This document shows, piece by piece, positions 25,384 to 37,816 of a stretch of DNA of 64,000 nt. Origin of the DNA: Octopus vulgaris (lineage: Eukaryota); contig OX597831.1 of NCBI GenBank assembly GCA_951406725.2, positions 25,172,001-25,236,000 on the forward strand. Reading direction: 5' to 3'. A program made the position numbers and the translations under genes. Every line of letters begins with the position of its first letter. The stretch's first letter is position 1. The notes beneath the pieces are model-generated. The model made no database searches and was not told the DNA's origin. It worked only from the letters and a program-made list of their open reading frames with translations.

Positions 25384-25839
25384 CTGATATAGATATAGAT
25401 ATACTTAGAAACGGATGCGTGGTGTTCAATTAAATAATAATATAAATTATATTAATAGATATATGCATATATGGGTACAGGGTGTCACCAACTGTACACA
25501 ACAACAAGTACAAAAACAAACACATTAAATGCACAAAAAATGAGAGAAAAAATGGAAACCAGGACAAGTGACACAAAGAACGACCCTTCATCAGCTGGCG
25601 GCTGTCTATCTACTCATCAATATTGATTATAAGCAAAATGAAGAATTTGAACATTCAAACTTTATGTTGAATGTTCAAATTCCTCATTCTCCTTATCAGT
25701 ATTGTACTTTCACAGGAAAAAACTGTAACATCAGATGAGAGTTAAAAGAAATTTACCATAAAATACACCATTTGAAGGAACCAAACTTGGCATTTTACAT
25801 CTGCCAAGATATTATATTCCTCCCTTTACTATATATATA

Positions 25840-25915
<76 letters not shown>

Positions 25916-25923
25916 GTGTGTGT

Positions 25924-26433
25924 GACCCCCTTCGGTCATGAATGACCATGGGATTGCATCTAGAAAGTTATCCTCCAACGCACAAGTCCGGGCAAGGTTG
26001 TTTATGGAAGACCAGCAGTTGCCCATGCATATCAGCCTCCCTTCTCCACACCACCGATGTTATCCAAGGGACAGGTAAAGGCCAATACAGCTTGGCACCA
26101 GTGACGTCACAGCTCATTTATTAACGTCCAAGTGGCTGGGCACTCCACAGACACGTGTACCCATAACGTAGTTCTCGGGGAGATTCAGCATGGCACAGGT
26201 GTGACAAGGTTGGCCCTTTTTTGAAATACAGGTACAACAGAAGCAGGAAGAAAGGGTGAGAGAAAGTTGTGGTGAAAGAGTACAGCAGGGTTTGCCACCA
26301 CCCCCTGCCTGGGCGTCATGGAGCTTCAGGTGTTTTCGCTCAATAAATACTCACAATGCCCAGTCTGGGAATCGAAACCACAATCCTACGAATGCGAGTC
26401 CGCTGCCCTAATCACTGGGCCATTGCACCTCCA
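25924..26433 (-). mobile_element. Chimeric SINE: family D head and body (26433-26121) joined to family E tail (26119-25924)
   Basis: Right part matches about 25070-25383; left part is the reverse complement of 50672-50857. Confidence 0.8.
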
Positions 26434-26459
26434 CATATATATATATACACACACACACA

Positions 26460-26866
26460 GGTGCAGACTTGGCTGTGTGGCAAGAAGTTTGCTTCCTGAC
26501 CACATGGTTCCAGTTTCAACCCCAGTGTGTAACACCTTAAGCAAGTGTCTTCAACTATAGCCTCAGACTGACCAAAGCCTTGTGTGTGGATTTGGTAGAT
26601 GGAAACTGAAAGAAGCCCATTGTATTGCATGTATTTATAGGTGTGTGGGTGTGCCTTTGTGTCAGTGTTTTTCCCCACCACTGCTTGTCAACTGGTGATG
26701 GTGGGTTTACATCCCTGTAACTTAGCAGCTCGGTAAAAGAGACTGATAAAATAAGTACCTGGCTTTAAAATCTATAAGCACCAGTGTCAACTCATTTGAC
26801 TAGAAGTTCTTCTTGGCAGTGTCCCAGCATGGCAGCAGTCTGATGACTGAAACGAGTAAAAGATAA
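26460..26866 (+). mobile_element. Diverged family A SINE
   Basis: TGGCTGTGTGG head, GGATTTGGTAGATGGAAACTGAAAGAAGCCC, TGACTGAAACGAGTAAAAGA tail. Confidence 0.82.
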
Positions 26867-27070
26867 AATATAATGAAATGTTTGTAAAATGATATGATCT
26901 TTATTAAACTGATTTTTCAAACCTAAATTAACAGGAAATTTTAACAAAGGGTTTTAATGTAGATCATTTTAAAACAGGAATTTGTTATGGTTGAACCTAG
27001 GGTGATCTGAGGTATGAAAAGCATTAAAACAATGATGATGTTGTTGATGATACACATGTATATGTACGTA

Positions 27071-27440
27071 CATCAACATTATCATTATCATCAACGTTTA
27101 ATGTCTGTTTTTCATGCTGGTTTTGGTTGGAGAGCTTGGCATGAGCTGATATGGCCAGGGCCTGCACCTGGTTCCAAACTCTGTTCTGGCTTGGTTTCTC
27201 CAGCTGGATGCCTTTCCTAATGCCAACCACTCAACAGAGTGTAGTGGGTGCTTTTTACATGGTACCATCACCAGTGCTTTTGACATGGCACCAGTATTAC
27301 ATGAAACCAGCACCCACATCTATGATTTTTACGTGGCACTTTGGTTTTAGATCTTCTCAAGCATAGTATTGTGTCACATACATCAGTCATCTGTCCTCTC
27401 CTTCATTAGCTTCAGCATTTCAAGATTCACCTTCATCCAT
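27071..27440 (-). mobile_element. Diverged family C RTE 3' end including decayed last codons
   Basis: GGATGCCTTTCCTAATGCCAACCACTC; minus strand of 27350-27440 gives decayed VNLEMLKL...MLEK, like 59105-59200. Confidence 0.65.
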
Positions 27441-27459
27441 CTAGCTATACATACATTTA

Positions 27460-28025
27460 TTGGGTTGTCCGGAAAGTTCATGCCGATTTATAGTAGCTTA
27501 CCTTTCAACTTATTTTAGAACATGGTTGAGTCCATAAAATAGGATTTGACTACACCTCCATTTAGAACACAGTTTAAGCTATCTTTTCGTGGAAGAAGGT
27601 TTATGTTCCTATAACCTGTGTTAATTCTGTAACCCTTTAAAATGGAAGATAAGAAAGTTCATTTTTGGCACTTGATGCTTTGGGAAACAGACAAAAATTG
27701 CTGCAGCTCGGCTGGGATGTGTTACCCCACCCTCCATATTCACCAGATATTGCTCCTTCAGATTTCCACTTATTCAGGTCTCTGCAGAATAGTCTTAATG
27801 GTAAAAATTTCAATTCCTTGGATGAAATAAAAAGATACCTTGATGAATTCTTTGCCATAAAACCACCTCAATTCTGGGAAGAGGGTATTTTCAAGTTAAA
27901 GGAAAGATGGAGATGCATTGTGCAACAAAATGGTTCATATTTGGTTGATTAAAAATGTAATGGGAAGTATTTATTGACCTTTTTCTTTCCTTTAAAAATC
28001 GGCACAAACTTTCCAGACAACCCAA
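27460..28025 (+). mobile_element. Internally deleted mariner transposon (566 bp)
   Basis: TA flanks; 30-bp TIR TTGGGTTGTCCGGAAAGTTCATGCCGATTT (3 mismatches to right TIR); transposase start MEDKKVHFWHLML and end with HPPYSPDIAPSDFHLF. Confidence 0.95.
27642..27952 (+). pseudogene. Mariner transposase remnant: N-terminal ~15 aa fused out of frame to C-terminal ~88 aa
   Basis: Variant of the mariner YSPDLAP motif with third catalytic Asp (PSD); WVPHEL motif and first two Asp deleted; junction near 27685. Confidence 0.9.
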
Positions 28026-28391
28026 TAGATAGATGAATGTCAGTCAGTCTGCTAGTAGACCAGTCTCATTCACTCAGTCTCCTTAACCAAATTCCTCTAA
28101 AACATTTGTGAACTTGAGGTTAAAGTAAAAATGTTTCTCCACAGGTACTGGTCAGCAGGGTTTAACCTGGCATGAAAGGTAATAAAATCACTGGAAAATG
28201 TTTTTAAATTAGCCCAGTTAAAAATGTCACAATTCATTTCAGGAGCATGAATTAATAGTTACAGTGACTGAACAATTATTTTTATCCCTTTTCAACCACT
28301 ACCACATGACTTGTACGCAATGAAGACACAATTTTTATCACAGTATTTATTACATATTCATGAAAAGAAATTGTATTTCCTTTAATAACAT

Positions 28392-28791
28392 AGGCGCAGG
28401 TGTGGCTGTGTGGTAAGTAGCTTGTTTACCAACCACATGGTTCCGGGTTCAGTCCCACTGCGTGGCACCTTGGGCAAGTGTCTTCTATTATAGCTTCGGG
28501 CCGACCAAAGCCTTGTGAGTGGATTTGGTAGACGTAAACTGAAAGAAGACTGTCGTATATATATGTATATATATATATATGCATGTGTGTGTTTATGTGT
28601 CTGTGTTTGTCCCCCTAGCATTGCTTGACAACCAATGCTGGTGTGTTTATGTCCCCGTTACTTAGCGGTTCGGCAAAAGAGACTGATAGAATAAGTACTG
28701 GGCTTACAAAAGAATAAGTCCCAGGGTTGAGTTGCTCGATTAAAGGCCGCAGTCAAATGACTGAAACAAGTAAAAGAGAATAAAAGAGAGT
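28392..28791 (+). mobile_element. Family A SINE
   Basis: AGGCGCAGGTGTGGCTGTGTGG head through TAAAAGAG tail; small deletion near 3' end. Confidence 0.9.
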
Positions 28792-29548
28792 AACTAAAAT
28801 AAAACAATGAAAACAATAAATTTTTTTGAATTTCTTCTGTAAGATTTTTTTTTTTCCTGGGTTTGAACCTTGAAGCACACAATCAAAAAAGTAAGCTTCT
28901 TAGCCACACAGCCATGGTTATCTCACTGATTATTTGTTTCCTGACTAAAAACTAACCCTAATAACTAAAAATACATATTTTATTGGTTAAGTAGACTGAT
29001 ATAGAATTTGTAGTACATGTGGACAATTATTGAACTTTTTCAATGCTGCTGTTAACAATGACTTTACTGTGAAGAAGACAAAAAAAAAATTATATTGATT
29101 TTCTAGTTAATATTCTAGTTAAACCTTTAAATCCAATCACCAGACATTTTAATTTTTTTTTTTTAAATTTATTTATCTGTTTATCTTTTGTATCTTATTG
29201 TCCGTTGTAAATTCACCTGAATGGAACAGTGGAGTCTGATAGTCTCTAAACTAATATTTCCATCTCACCCCTTCCTCTTACACTGCTCTCTCTCCAATAA
29301 AATCAAAATTAGAATATATATACAAATTCTCTTACAAATGTTTCTTTCTCTATCTGTAATGGAGTCGTAACTGAGTTGTGTTAATTCTCCGACAATGTCT
29401 AAGCAAATCAAATCTCCTCTTACAAACTCTGCCTGCAGCTTTCATTTCATTGTCTATCAAAGATAAAAAAACAAAAAAAAACAAAAAACAAAAGTCATTA
29501 TTTCTCTGCCCAAATATAAGAGACAAAGAAATAATAATAATGATGTTA

Positions 29549-29584
<36 letters not shown>

Positions 29585-31075
29585 TTATGAATACCATACA
29601 AATCTCCATGTATCAGACCCTGACTAAAAACTGAAAAGATTAAAGCTCATTGTAGTTGTTGTTGCCGTTCTTAGAACGCTTTTTCTTTGCTTTATGGGGT
29701 TTTATGCGAGAGGAAATTTTTAATTGACCACAGCACACTAATAAAGCATTTGTCAATTATACAGTTTTCCCGCTGTCTACATTGATGGACTGTAATTTCT
29801 CAAGCAGGAAAGCCTTGTTCGTATGAATATTAAAGTTGGATCTGGCTTTCTAAGTGGCAACACAAAATATTATTATATGAGGCAGGATTGAATATTTAGG
29901 CTGCTGTTTATATGAATATCCCTCTGAAGTTTTATGCTTCAGGTTGGGAGATGTTTAGTTTATTCTTTCTTTACAGCAGGTTTCCAAATGGCTCTACATG
30001 CTAAATATAGCTTTAGTTACTCCCTATAGAACATCGTTGTTCTTTGCTCAAAAACGTTCAGTCAAAAAAATTACAGAATCACATTGATTCCTTGATAATA
30101 ACTAGTAATCCAGTAGATAAAACATGTACAGAAATTTTCATGCAAGAATCCACTATGAGCTACAGGATGTCTTCTGATAAAGTACTGTCAATGAAAATAC
30201 TAATAAAAAAAAAATGGGAAAGAATACAGTTGATAACGATACATTGCACAGGCTTACGAAAAGTCCCACATTTTGAGTACAAGGGAGATTGAGTCAGCAG
30301 AATTTAACTAAAATGGTTATTGATCTTGTACAGAGTCTGAGACAAAATATAAAAGTCTATCAGCAAATATTTTACCAACAGGGCCACCTGCAACTTCACA
30401 AAATATTTAAGCAAACCAGAGTTCTGCTAACATCCTGTCTAAACTTCAAATTTCATTCCACATCAAAGGTAGCAAAAAAAAAACCAAAAAAAAAAATCCA
30501 CTTTCTTTTTTCATTTTTGTCAAATTTCTAGACAAATCCCATACTTATCCTATTACTATGCTTCAAACGCATCTTGCGAGTGAATAAATCAAGTCCTGTT
30601 AATGTTTCAGAATTCTTTTAAAAATTTTGTTACCTATGATACTAAAGTGCGTTGTCAATAATTCGTTTTTTCTTTCATTTCTTTTAGCTTCTCTCCCTTA
30701 TTGCAATCGCTTATGAAAGAACGCCCCTTATGTAATAAATATTCTATGAATCTATACAGGTCTAGAAGGAATAATGTAGTTTTCATGTCTTTACTATGGA
30801 AGGATTATCTATGAATACATTATATATTTACTGTCATTTACTGTGTAAACTATCTCCCCACAAGGCAGCAATATTTTATGGCTTTGAATAATATTGCCTA
30901 TCTGTGTTGTGTTTCTCTGCTTCCGTCAGATATTGATCCACCCTTCACCCAAAGTAAGCCTCCACAGTGAATATCTGTCTTCATTTGATAACGTGTATAG
31001 TTGAATACATTAATGTATATATATACATATATAAACACAACATATGTGTGTGCATGTGTATGTATATATACATAC

Positions 31076-31109
<34 letters not shown>

Positions 31110-31197
31110 ACATAATGGATGGTGGCATCTCACTCGTTTGAAATGTAATAAAGCAAAAAAATAAGAAAAAAAATAAAAACCACAAAATACTGTTGAG

Positions 31198-31232
<35 letters not shown>

Positions 31233-32048
31233 ACACACGTATATTAAAGTTAACTGATGGGGAGAGGGATGCAGCTTGGCAATTTGTGAATGTAGATGTG
31301 TATGTATACTTGTGTGTATATATGTGTGTGATTCTCTATATATATATATAAATAAAGTACATGTGATATATATATATATAGAGAGAGAGAGGGGGGGGAG
31401 AGTACACACACATATCAAGTACAGGGTGAGGAAGACATGAAATTTCTCAAAGGAAATTTTAATGCCCTTTTCAAAAGTTCTTTTTTGTTTTAAGTCCTTT
31501 TATTTTAATAATTTTAAGAAGAAAATTTGCAAGGCAAGCTGACAGTGGTACATATATAATTTTGAAATGATGTAAATTAATATTTTATAGCTTTATTTCT
31601 ATAGATCTTTTATCATTATATAATTTTCACTTTTGCTGTTTATTTTCTGTAATCATTAGTATAATGAATTTTTTTTAATCGAAACATTATTTTGTGTGTG
31701 TCTGTGTGTCACAAGTTCATTTCATGTGAGTCTCTGCTTGCTTCTCATCATTTGTAATGTCTTATCTTGTTCTAGCAGTAAAGATTTAATAACTTAAGTG
31801 ACAACAAAGTTAATATTTCCAAGAAAATGAAATAATTTAAAGTATTAATTAGTCACTCCTAACAGAGGGGGCAAAAAGGTTCTCAGATAAAATAGGAACA
31901 TTTAGAAATCCATTTGTTTATTCAAGATAAATAGTTTTGATAGCCTTTATTGTTATACCCTGATGAAGCTAACAAGTTAAGAGGAGAAAATATATTTGAA
32001 AAAATTGAAGATCATATTTATGTAACTATCATTTTACTTGTGTGTGTG

Positions 32049-32139
<91 letters not shown>
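32049..32139. repeat. (TCTA)n microsatellite
   Basis: Direct reading. Confidence 0.97.
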
Positions 32140-32160
32140 GCCTGCCTGTCTGTCTGTCTG

Positions 32161-32384
32161 CCTACTACTTCTGCTCGTGGTCAGTGATGCACATATCGTC
32201 AGCCACTAAGGGACATGCTCAACTGGTTAAGGTCAAACAACTGACAAGCAAATCTGTGATATTGAGCAGAATATTTGTTGTAGCCCATTTTTTATACCAA
32301 GACAGAACAATGTACATGATAACACTTCAAATCAGTTGAGATCAGAAGCCACGAGAGTCACTGCCAGGTACTGCATCAGGGCAA

Positions 32385-32421
<37 letters not shown>

Positions 32422-32453
32422 GAGTGAGATAGCAGTGCATGCCATCAAAATGA

Positions 32454-32454
<1 letters not shown>
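32161..32454. mobile_element. Family F interspersed repeat: two fragments separated by (ATT)n
   Basis: About 32168-32303 matches 37998-38134; 32422-32454 matches 37817-37850. Confidence 0.75.
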
Positions 32455-32525
<71 letters not shown>

Positions 32526-32526
32526 A

Positions 32527-32740
32527 GGGGCAAGCTGGCAGAACTGTTAGCACATTGGGAAAAATGCTTAGCAGCATTTCCTCCAATCTTTACATTCTGA
32601 GTTCAAATTCCACAAAGGTCAATTTTATCTTCCATCTTTACAGGGTTGATAAATTAATTGTCAGTGAAACTTTTGGGTCAATGTAATCAACTAGTGCTCT
32701 CCACCAAAATTTCAGGCCCTGTGCCTATAGTAGAAAGGAC
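32527..32740 (+). mobile_element. Diverged family B-related SINE
   Basis: CAAGCTGGCAGAACTGTTAGCAC...CTGAGTTCAAATTCC. Confidence 0.75.
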
Positions 32741-32795
<55 letters not shown>

Positions 32796-32816
32796 GTTAT
32801 TATTATTATTATTGTT

Positions 32817-33273
32817 CCATGCCAGTGGCACATAAAAGGGCACCATTCGAGTGTGATCGTTAGCAGCGTCGCCTTACTGGCACTTGTGCCCGTACTAGTA
32901 GGGTGCCAAGAGCACCATTCGAGTGTGATCGTTGCCAGAGCAGCCAACTGGCTCTTTGCTGGTGGCACGTAAAAGGGCACCATTTGAGCATGATCATTAC
33001 CAACGTCGCCTTCCTGGCACCTGTGCCGGTGGCATGTGTCAAAAGATTCAAGCGAGGTCATTGCCAGTACTGCCTGACTGGCCTCGAGCCGGTGGCACGT
33101 AAAAAGCACCCACTACACTCTCGGAGTGGTTGGCGTTAAGAAGAGCATCCAGCTGTAGAAACTTTGCCCGATCAAGATTGGAGCCTGGTGCAGCCATCTA
33201 GTTCGCCAGCCCTCAGTCAGAATTGTCCAATGCATGCTAGCATGGAAGGCGAACATTAAACGATGATGATGAT
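32817..33273 (+). mobile_element. Family C RTE 3' UTR with about four double-hairpin units
   Basis: Repeated GCC(A/G)GTGGCAC(A/G)TAAAA..GCACC units, then CACTACACTCTCGGAGTGGTTGGCGTT... and TTAAACGATGATGATGAT tail. Confidence 0.8.
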
Positions 33274-33633
33274 CATCATCATTATTATTAAGGAAGATAA
33301 CAACTAGAAGACCATAAAGATGAATTTTAATCCTTTAATTAGCTTTCTCTCTGCATGCCATTAGTTTGGTCTCAAGAAGTGAAGTTGACTTCTCTGAGTT
33401 ACTCTTCAGTTGTGCAAACAACTTATATATATATCGATTCCTGACAGTATATAACTTAATAAAAGAACAGCTTCCAAGTGATTAAGATAACGAAGAACAA
33501 TTACTCACACTTAATGAGATTGTTTATTAATAGTAAATGAATAGAAAAGAATGGAATAAGCAGCTGGGTTGTCATGAGAGACATTAGACTCTGTATGTGT
33601 GTGTGAGTCTGTGTGTGTGTGTATGTATGTGTG

Positions 33634-33711
<78 letters not shown>

Positions 33712-34374
33712 GGAGAGAGGTGACAAAACTGGTACAGACATGTTAAGAGTAAAAGAGGAAAATGTATTGATGGAGTTTTTAGAAAAATGTTGTGAATTTT
33801 CTCATTAAAGAGTGTAAACTCAGAAAGACTTGGAAATAATGAGTGAGGTGATATTTTATTGATGTTAGAAGTAACCAAGGAGTCACAACAGCATCCAGGT
33901 ATCTGGTGTTGGTTTCTTGTTACAAAAGGACTTCTTTACCAACACACTTCAACTTTTGACCTTGGCTTACAGATGTAATGCTTATACCTCCTACCTCCGC
34001 TACCCTTTACTTCCACAACCTCTGTTCCTTAGAGCTAAGGGGTTACAGACTTCCTGTATTAAAGACCTTTTGAACCACCTATTTCTCCACTTTTCACCCC
34101 GTATTCTGTACATCTATCCAAACTAGCTTAGTGCTCGGTTGAAAAGTGTTACAGAATATCGACCCTGTGGAATTGTCTTCTCATTCACATTTTTCCTGAA
34201 GACTATCAATCTTAACTTTTTCAAGCAAGATGTTAATCAGAATCAATTTCCCCAGTCTCAAAAATGACAACATTTGAGCACTGGAGGTCAATGTAATCAA
34301 CTTACCCAATCCCCGAAACTGCTGACCTTGTACCAAAATTTGAAACCCCTTTTTTTTTTTTAAACCTTTATATG

Positions 34375-34603
34375 CTCTTTACTCTCTTTACTCTCTTATA
34401 CTTGTTTCAGTCATTTGACTGCAGCCATGCTGGAGCACCACCTTTAGTCAAGCAAATCAACCCCGGGACTTATTCTTTGTAAGCCCAGTACTTATTCTAT
34501 CGGTCTCTTTTGCCAAACCGCTAAGTGACGGCAATGTAAACACACCAGCATCGGTTGTCAAGCAATGCTAGGGGGACAAACACAGACACACAAACATACA
34601 CAA

Positions 34604-34642
<39 letters not shown>

Positions 34643-34803
34643 TACGACAGGCTTCTTTCAGTTTCCGTCTACCAAATCCACTCACAAGGCTTTGGTCGGC
34701 CCGGGGCTATAGTAGAAGACACTTGCCCAAGATGCCACGCAGTGGACTGAACCCAGAACCATGTGGTTCGTAAGCAAGCTACTTACCACACCGCCACTCC
34801 TGC
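34375..34803 (-). mobile_element. Family A SINE
   Basis: Full colinear copy. Confidence 0.9.
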
Positions 34804-34971
34804 TATGCATATGTCCCTTCTTTTTCAGTGTATACCATGTATACTTACTTTTTTTCTTATTTCATTATATGTGAACTCCCAACACTTTATGTCTGTCTTT
34901 GTATTGTCCCCCTCCTCCCTCACCATTGTGACAAATAAATGAAATTATCATCATCATCATCATCATCATCA

Positions 34972-35020
<49 letters not shown>

Positions 35021-35287
35021 GTTATAAATATTCAGAAAATAAAGGGGGAAAACAGTAATTAGTAAAAAGAATAGACTTGATCTCTACATAAAGGTCTATT
35101 AAAAAATGCAAGTGATTTCTTAATTATTGTATAAACGTAGACTAGAACATAAACTAAAATTGTGTTTCTTTTTAATTTGTTTCTCTTGTTCTGTGTTTAT
35201 GAGAATTGTATATTAAAAAAAAATTAAAAATTAAAATCACATGTGTATGTATTTTGTGTGTATGACTGAGTGTGTGTGTGTGAGTGT

Positions 35288-35319
<32 letters not shown>

Positions 35320-35383
35320 TCACCAGACATCAGAAATGAAGCAGCTGGCTAAAAAGTGAAGAATTGAAAAGTAGCTGGTAAGG

Positions 35384-35386
<3 letters not shown>

Positions 35387-35482
<96 letters not shown>

Positions 35483-35495
35483 GTATATATATATG

Positions 35496-35546
<51 letters not shown>
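35387..35546. repeat. (TA)n microsatellite
   Basis: Direct reading. Confidence 0.97.
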
Positions 35547-35550
<4 letters not shown>

Positions 35551-35945
35551 ACGAGAAAACAATGAACTGAATGAGACAAAAAGAGTAAGCTGCTGAAGGT
35601 GGGAAACAGGAAAAGACTCTGAAATACTATAAAAAAAACCATTTTTGTCTGTTTAGACTCTTTTTATGACATCTGTTCTTTTTATCCACCCCCCACCCCC
35701 CGCTCCACCATTTTTGTGTGATACAAAAGTTGATTTAATTTTGGTATTTATACTTATATATCAGTGAATTATCCGAATCGAATCGTCTAATGATAGCAGG
35801 GAGTGTTATAGCAACTTGATCATTTTAGTTTTAATTGAAATTTTACGGCTTAGTAATGTAATTGTTCAACTTTAAAATATAATCTCTTATTAGATTTGAT
35901 ACAATCTCTGTACAAACTATATTTATAAGCATCAATATCCTTTAA

Positions 35946-36166
35946 CCCTTTCGTTACCAACCCAGGTGAAACCGGCTCTGTCTCTGTAGTACAAACATCT
36001 TGTTTTCATAAATTTTGAATTAAAGTCTCCCACCAAACCTTAGTCACAATTTATGTTCCTAACACCAGCTGAAAGATAACTAGGTTATTTTACTAAATTC
36101 TTTGTTATATCTAAAGTAACTGAAAGAAACACAGAGCATCTCAAAATAAATACAGTAACGAAAGGG
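35946..36166. mobile_element. piggyBac-type MITE (221 bp)
   Basis: TTAA flanks (35942-35945, 36167-36170); perfect 12-bp TIR CCCTTTCGTTAC / GTAACGAAAGGG; same family inverted at 58004-58703. Confidence 0.92.
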
Positions 36167-37326
36167 TTAAACTCTTCTGCTATTTTATATACTATTTCTA
36201 TACTCTCAACTGTGCCACACCCACAGGATATGCTAAATTCCTTGCTAAAATCCAAAGAATAATGATTTTTCTTGAAGATACAGGAGCATTTTCCTTCTGT
36301 CTGTTTACTGTTTACTCTGCTAGTCTCCTGCTGTTTTGAGTGTACTCCTCAGACACAAAGCCTGTTTAACATTTAGACTGAGGGATTTGGTTGCGTGATA
36401 TCAAGGTATGTCAACTTACCAGTAGGCCTGTGGAACAAATCTCTAGAGCAGAGCACAGGTAATCTTTTTACAAGAAATGAGTCACCTGAGACATGATTCA
36501 CTGTCAGATGGGCTGCACTATTAAAAACATTCATGTTAATTTATTGTCAGGCATATAATTCAGAAAGTGTTATTGACTGGTCTAGAGAACCAGTCCTCCA
36601 GCATATAAACATTGTTCAGAGGGCCATCAACTGCTATTTGCTGCATAACTGATTTGGCACTAGACTGGTTTGACTAACTTGGGCCAGAGGAAACCTTAGA
36701 GTGACTGTGACTAAGGAATCTATATTCACTAAAATTCTTTAATTCACGAGCTAAAACCTCACCATAAGACCCAGTTTATATCTTATTATAATTAACAAGA
36801 AACTATTCAGCCAACATTTTGGAACCAATTGCATCTCTTATTCTAATGTTCCTCAAAGTATCAATTATTTTCTATCACAAAATCAATCCACATAATTTTA
36901 TAATAACAGACACAGCATGAAAAAATGGTTAACATGTTTGATTTGCAATCATAATGTCTTGGGTTCAACTCCACTGCCAAAGTATTTGAATAAATATCCT
37001 TTACCATAACTCAAGGTGACCCAAATTTTGCAAGGGAAATGGGATAAACAGAAACTTTGCAAACTCTTACCAGAAGGATTGTTCCTGTGACTTAGAGATC
37101 AAGCCTTCTAAAAATTACATCATGCAAATTCCACTTGAGAATTACATTAATGGCTCACATGTCTGTGGAATATTCAGCCACCTACATGTTAATTCAATGA
37201 GTAGGAAGTTCACTTGACTGAACAACAGAATGTTTATTGTCTCAATAGTGAGACAAATCCATTCATTTAATAACAATAATAATAATAATAATAATAATGA
37301 TAATAATAATAATGATTATGATAACC

Positions 37327-37537
37327 CTTTCTACTATAGACACAAGGCCTGAAATTTTGGGGGAGGGACTAGTTGATTCCATCGACCCCAGTGCGTAACT
37401 GTTACTAATTTCTTCGACCCTGAAAGGATGAAAAGCAAAGTTGACCTCAGCAGAATTTGAACAGGGAAATTAAAGATAGTTGAAATACTGCTAAGCATTT
37501 TGCCTGGTGCAGGAACAATTCTACCTGCTCATCACCT
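37327..37537 (-). mobile_element. Diverged family B-related SINE
   Basis: ATCGACCCCAGTGCGTAACTG...GAAAGGATGAAAAGCAAAGTTGACCTCAGCAGAATTTGAA. Confidence 0.78.
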
Positions 37538-37560
37538 AAATAAAAAATATAAAAATAGTA

Positions 37561-37592
<32 letters not shown>

Positions 37593-37601
37593 CATTATTA
37601 T

Positions 37602-37633
<32 letters not shown>

Positions 37634-37816
37634 TCATCGTTATTAGGCTGCTTTGGTCACCTCTCAGTCGATCTCCCCACTATTGGGGAATTATATGTTG
37701 TTAATTGTTGCGTTTTGCATTTACACATTAATCTCGTTGTTCCTCTTCTGCGTATCACCCTCTGTGTTTTGTGTTCAGCCCTGATGGCCAATAAAGAAAG
37801 AATTATTATTATTATT

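Noticed and set aside
30044-30531. Two adjacent non-repetitive ORFs (82 and 80 aa)
   Set aside because: Non-ATG starts, no recognisable motifs, lengths expected by chance
31960-31995. CTGATGA core here, and minus-strand CTGACGA near 63326 and in family F
   Set aside because: No correctly placed GAAA, stem III and UH triplet, so no hammerhead fold
32817-33112. CRISPR-like repeat-spacer appearance
   Set aside because: Eukaryotic retroelement UTR; repeats are degenerate, variable loops are only about 6-10 nt and recur between loci; no cas genes
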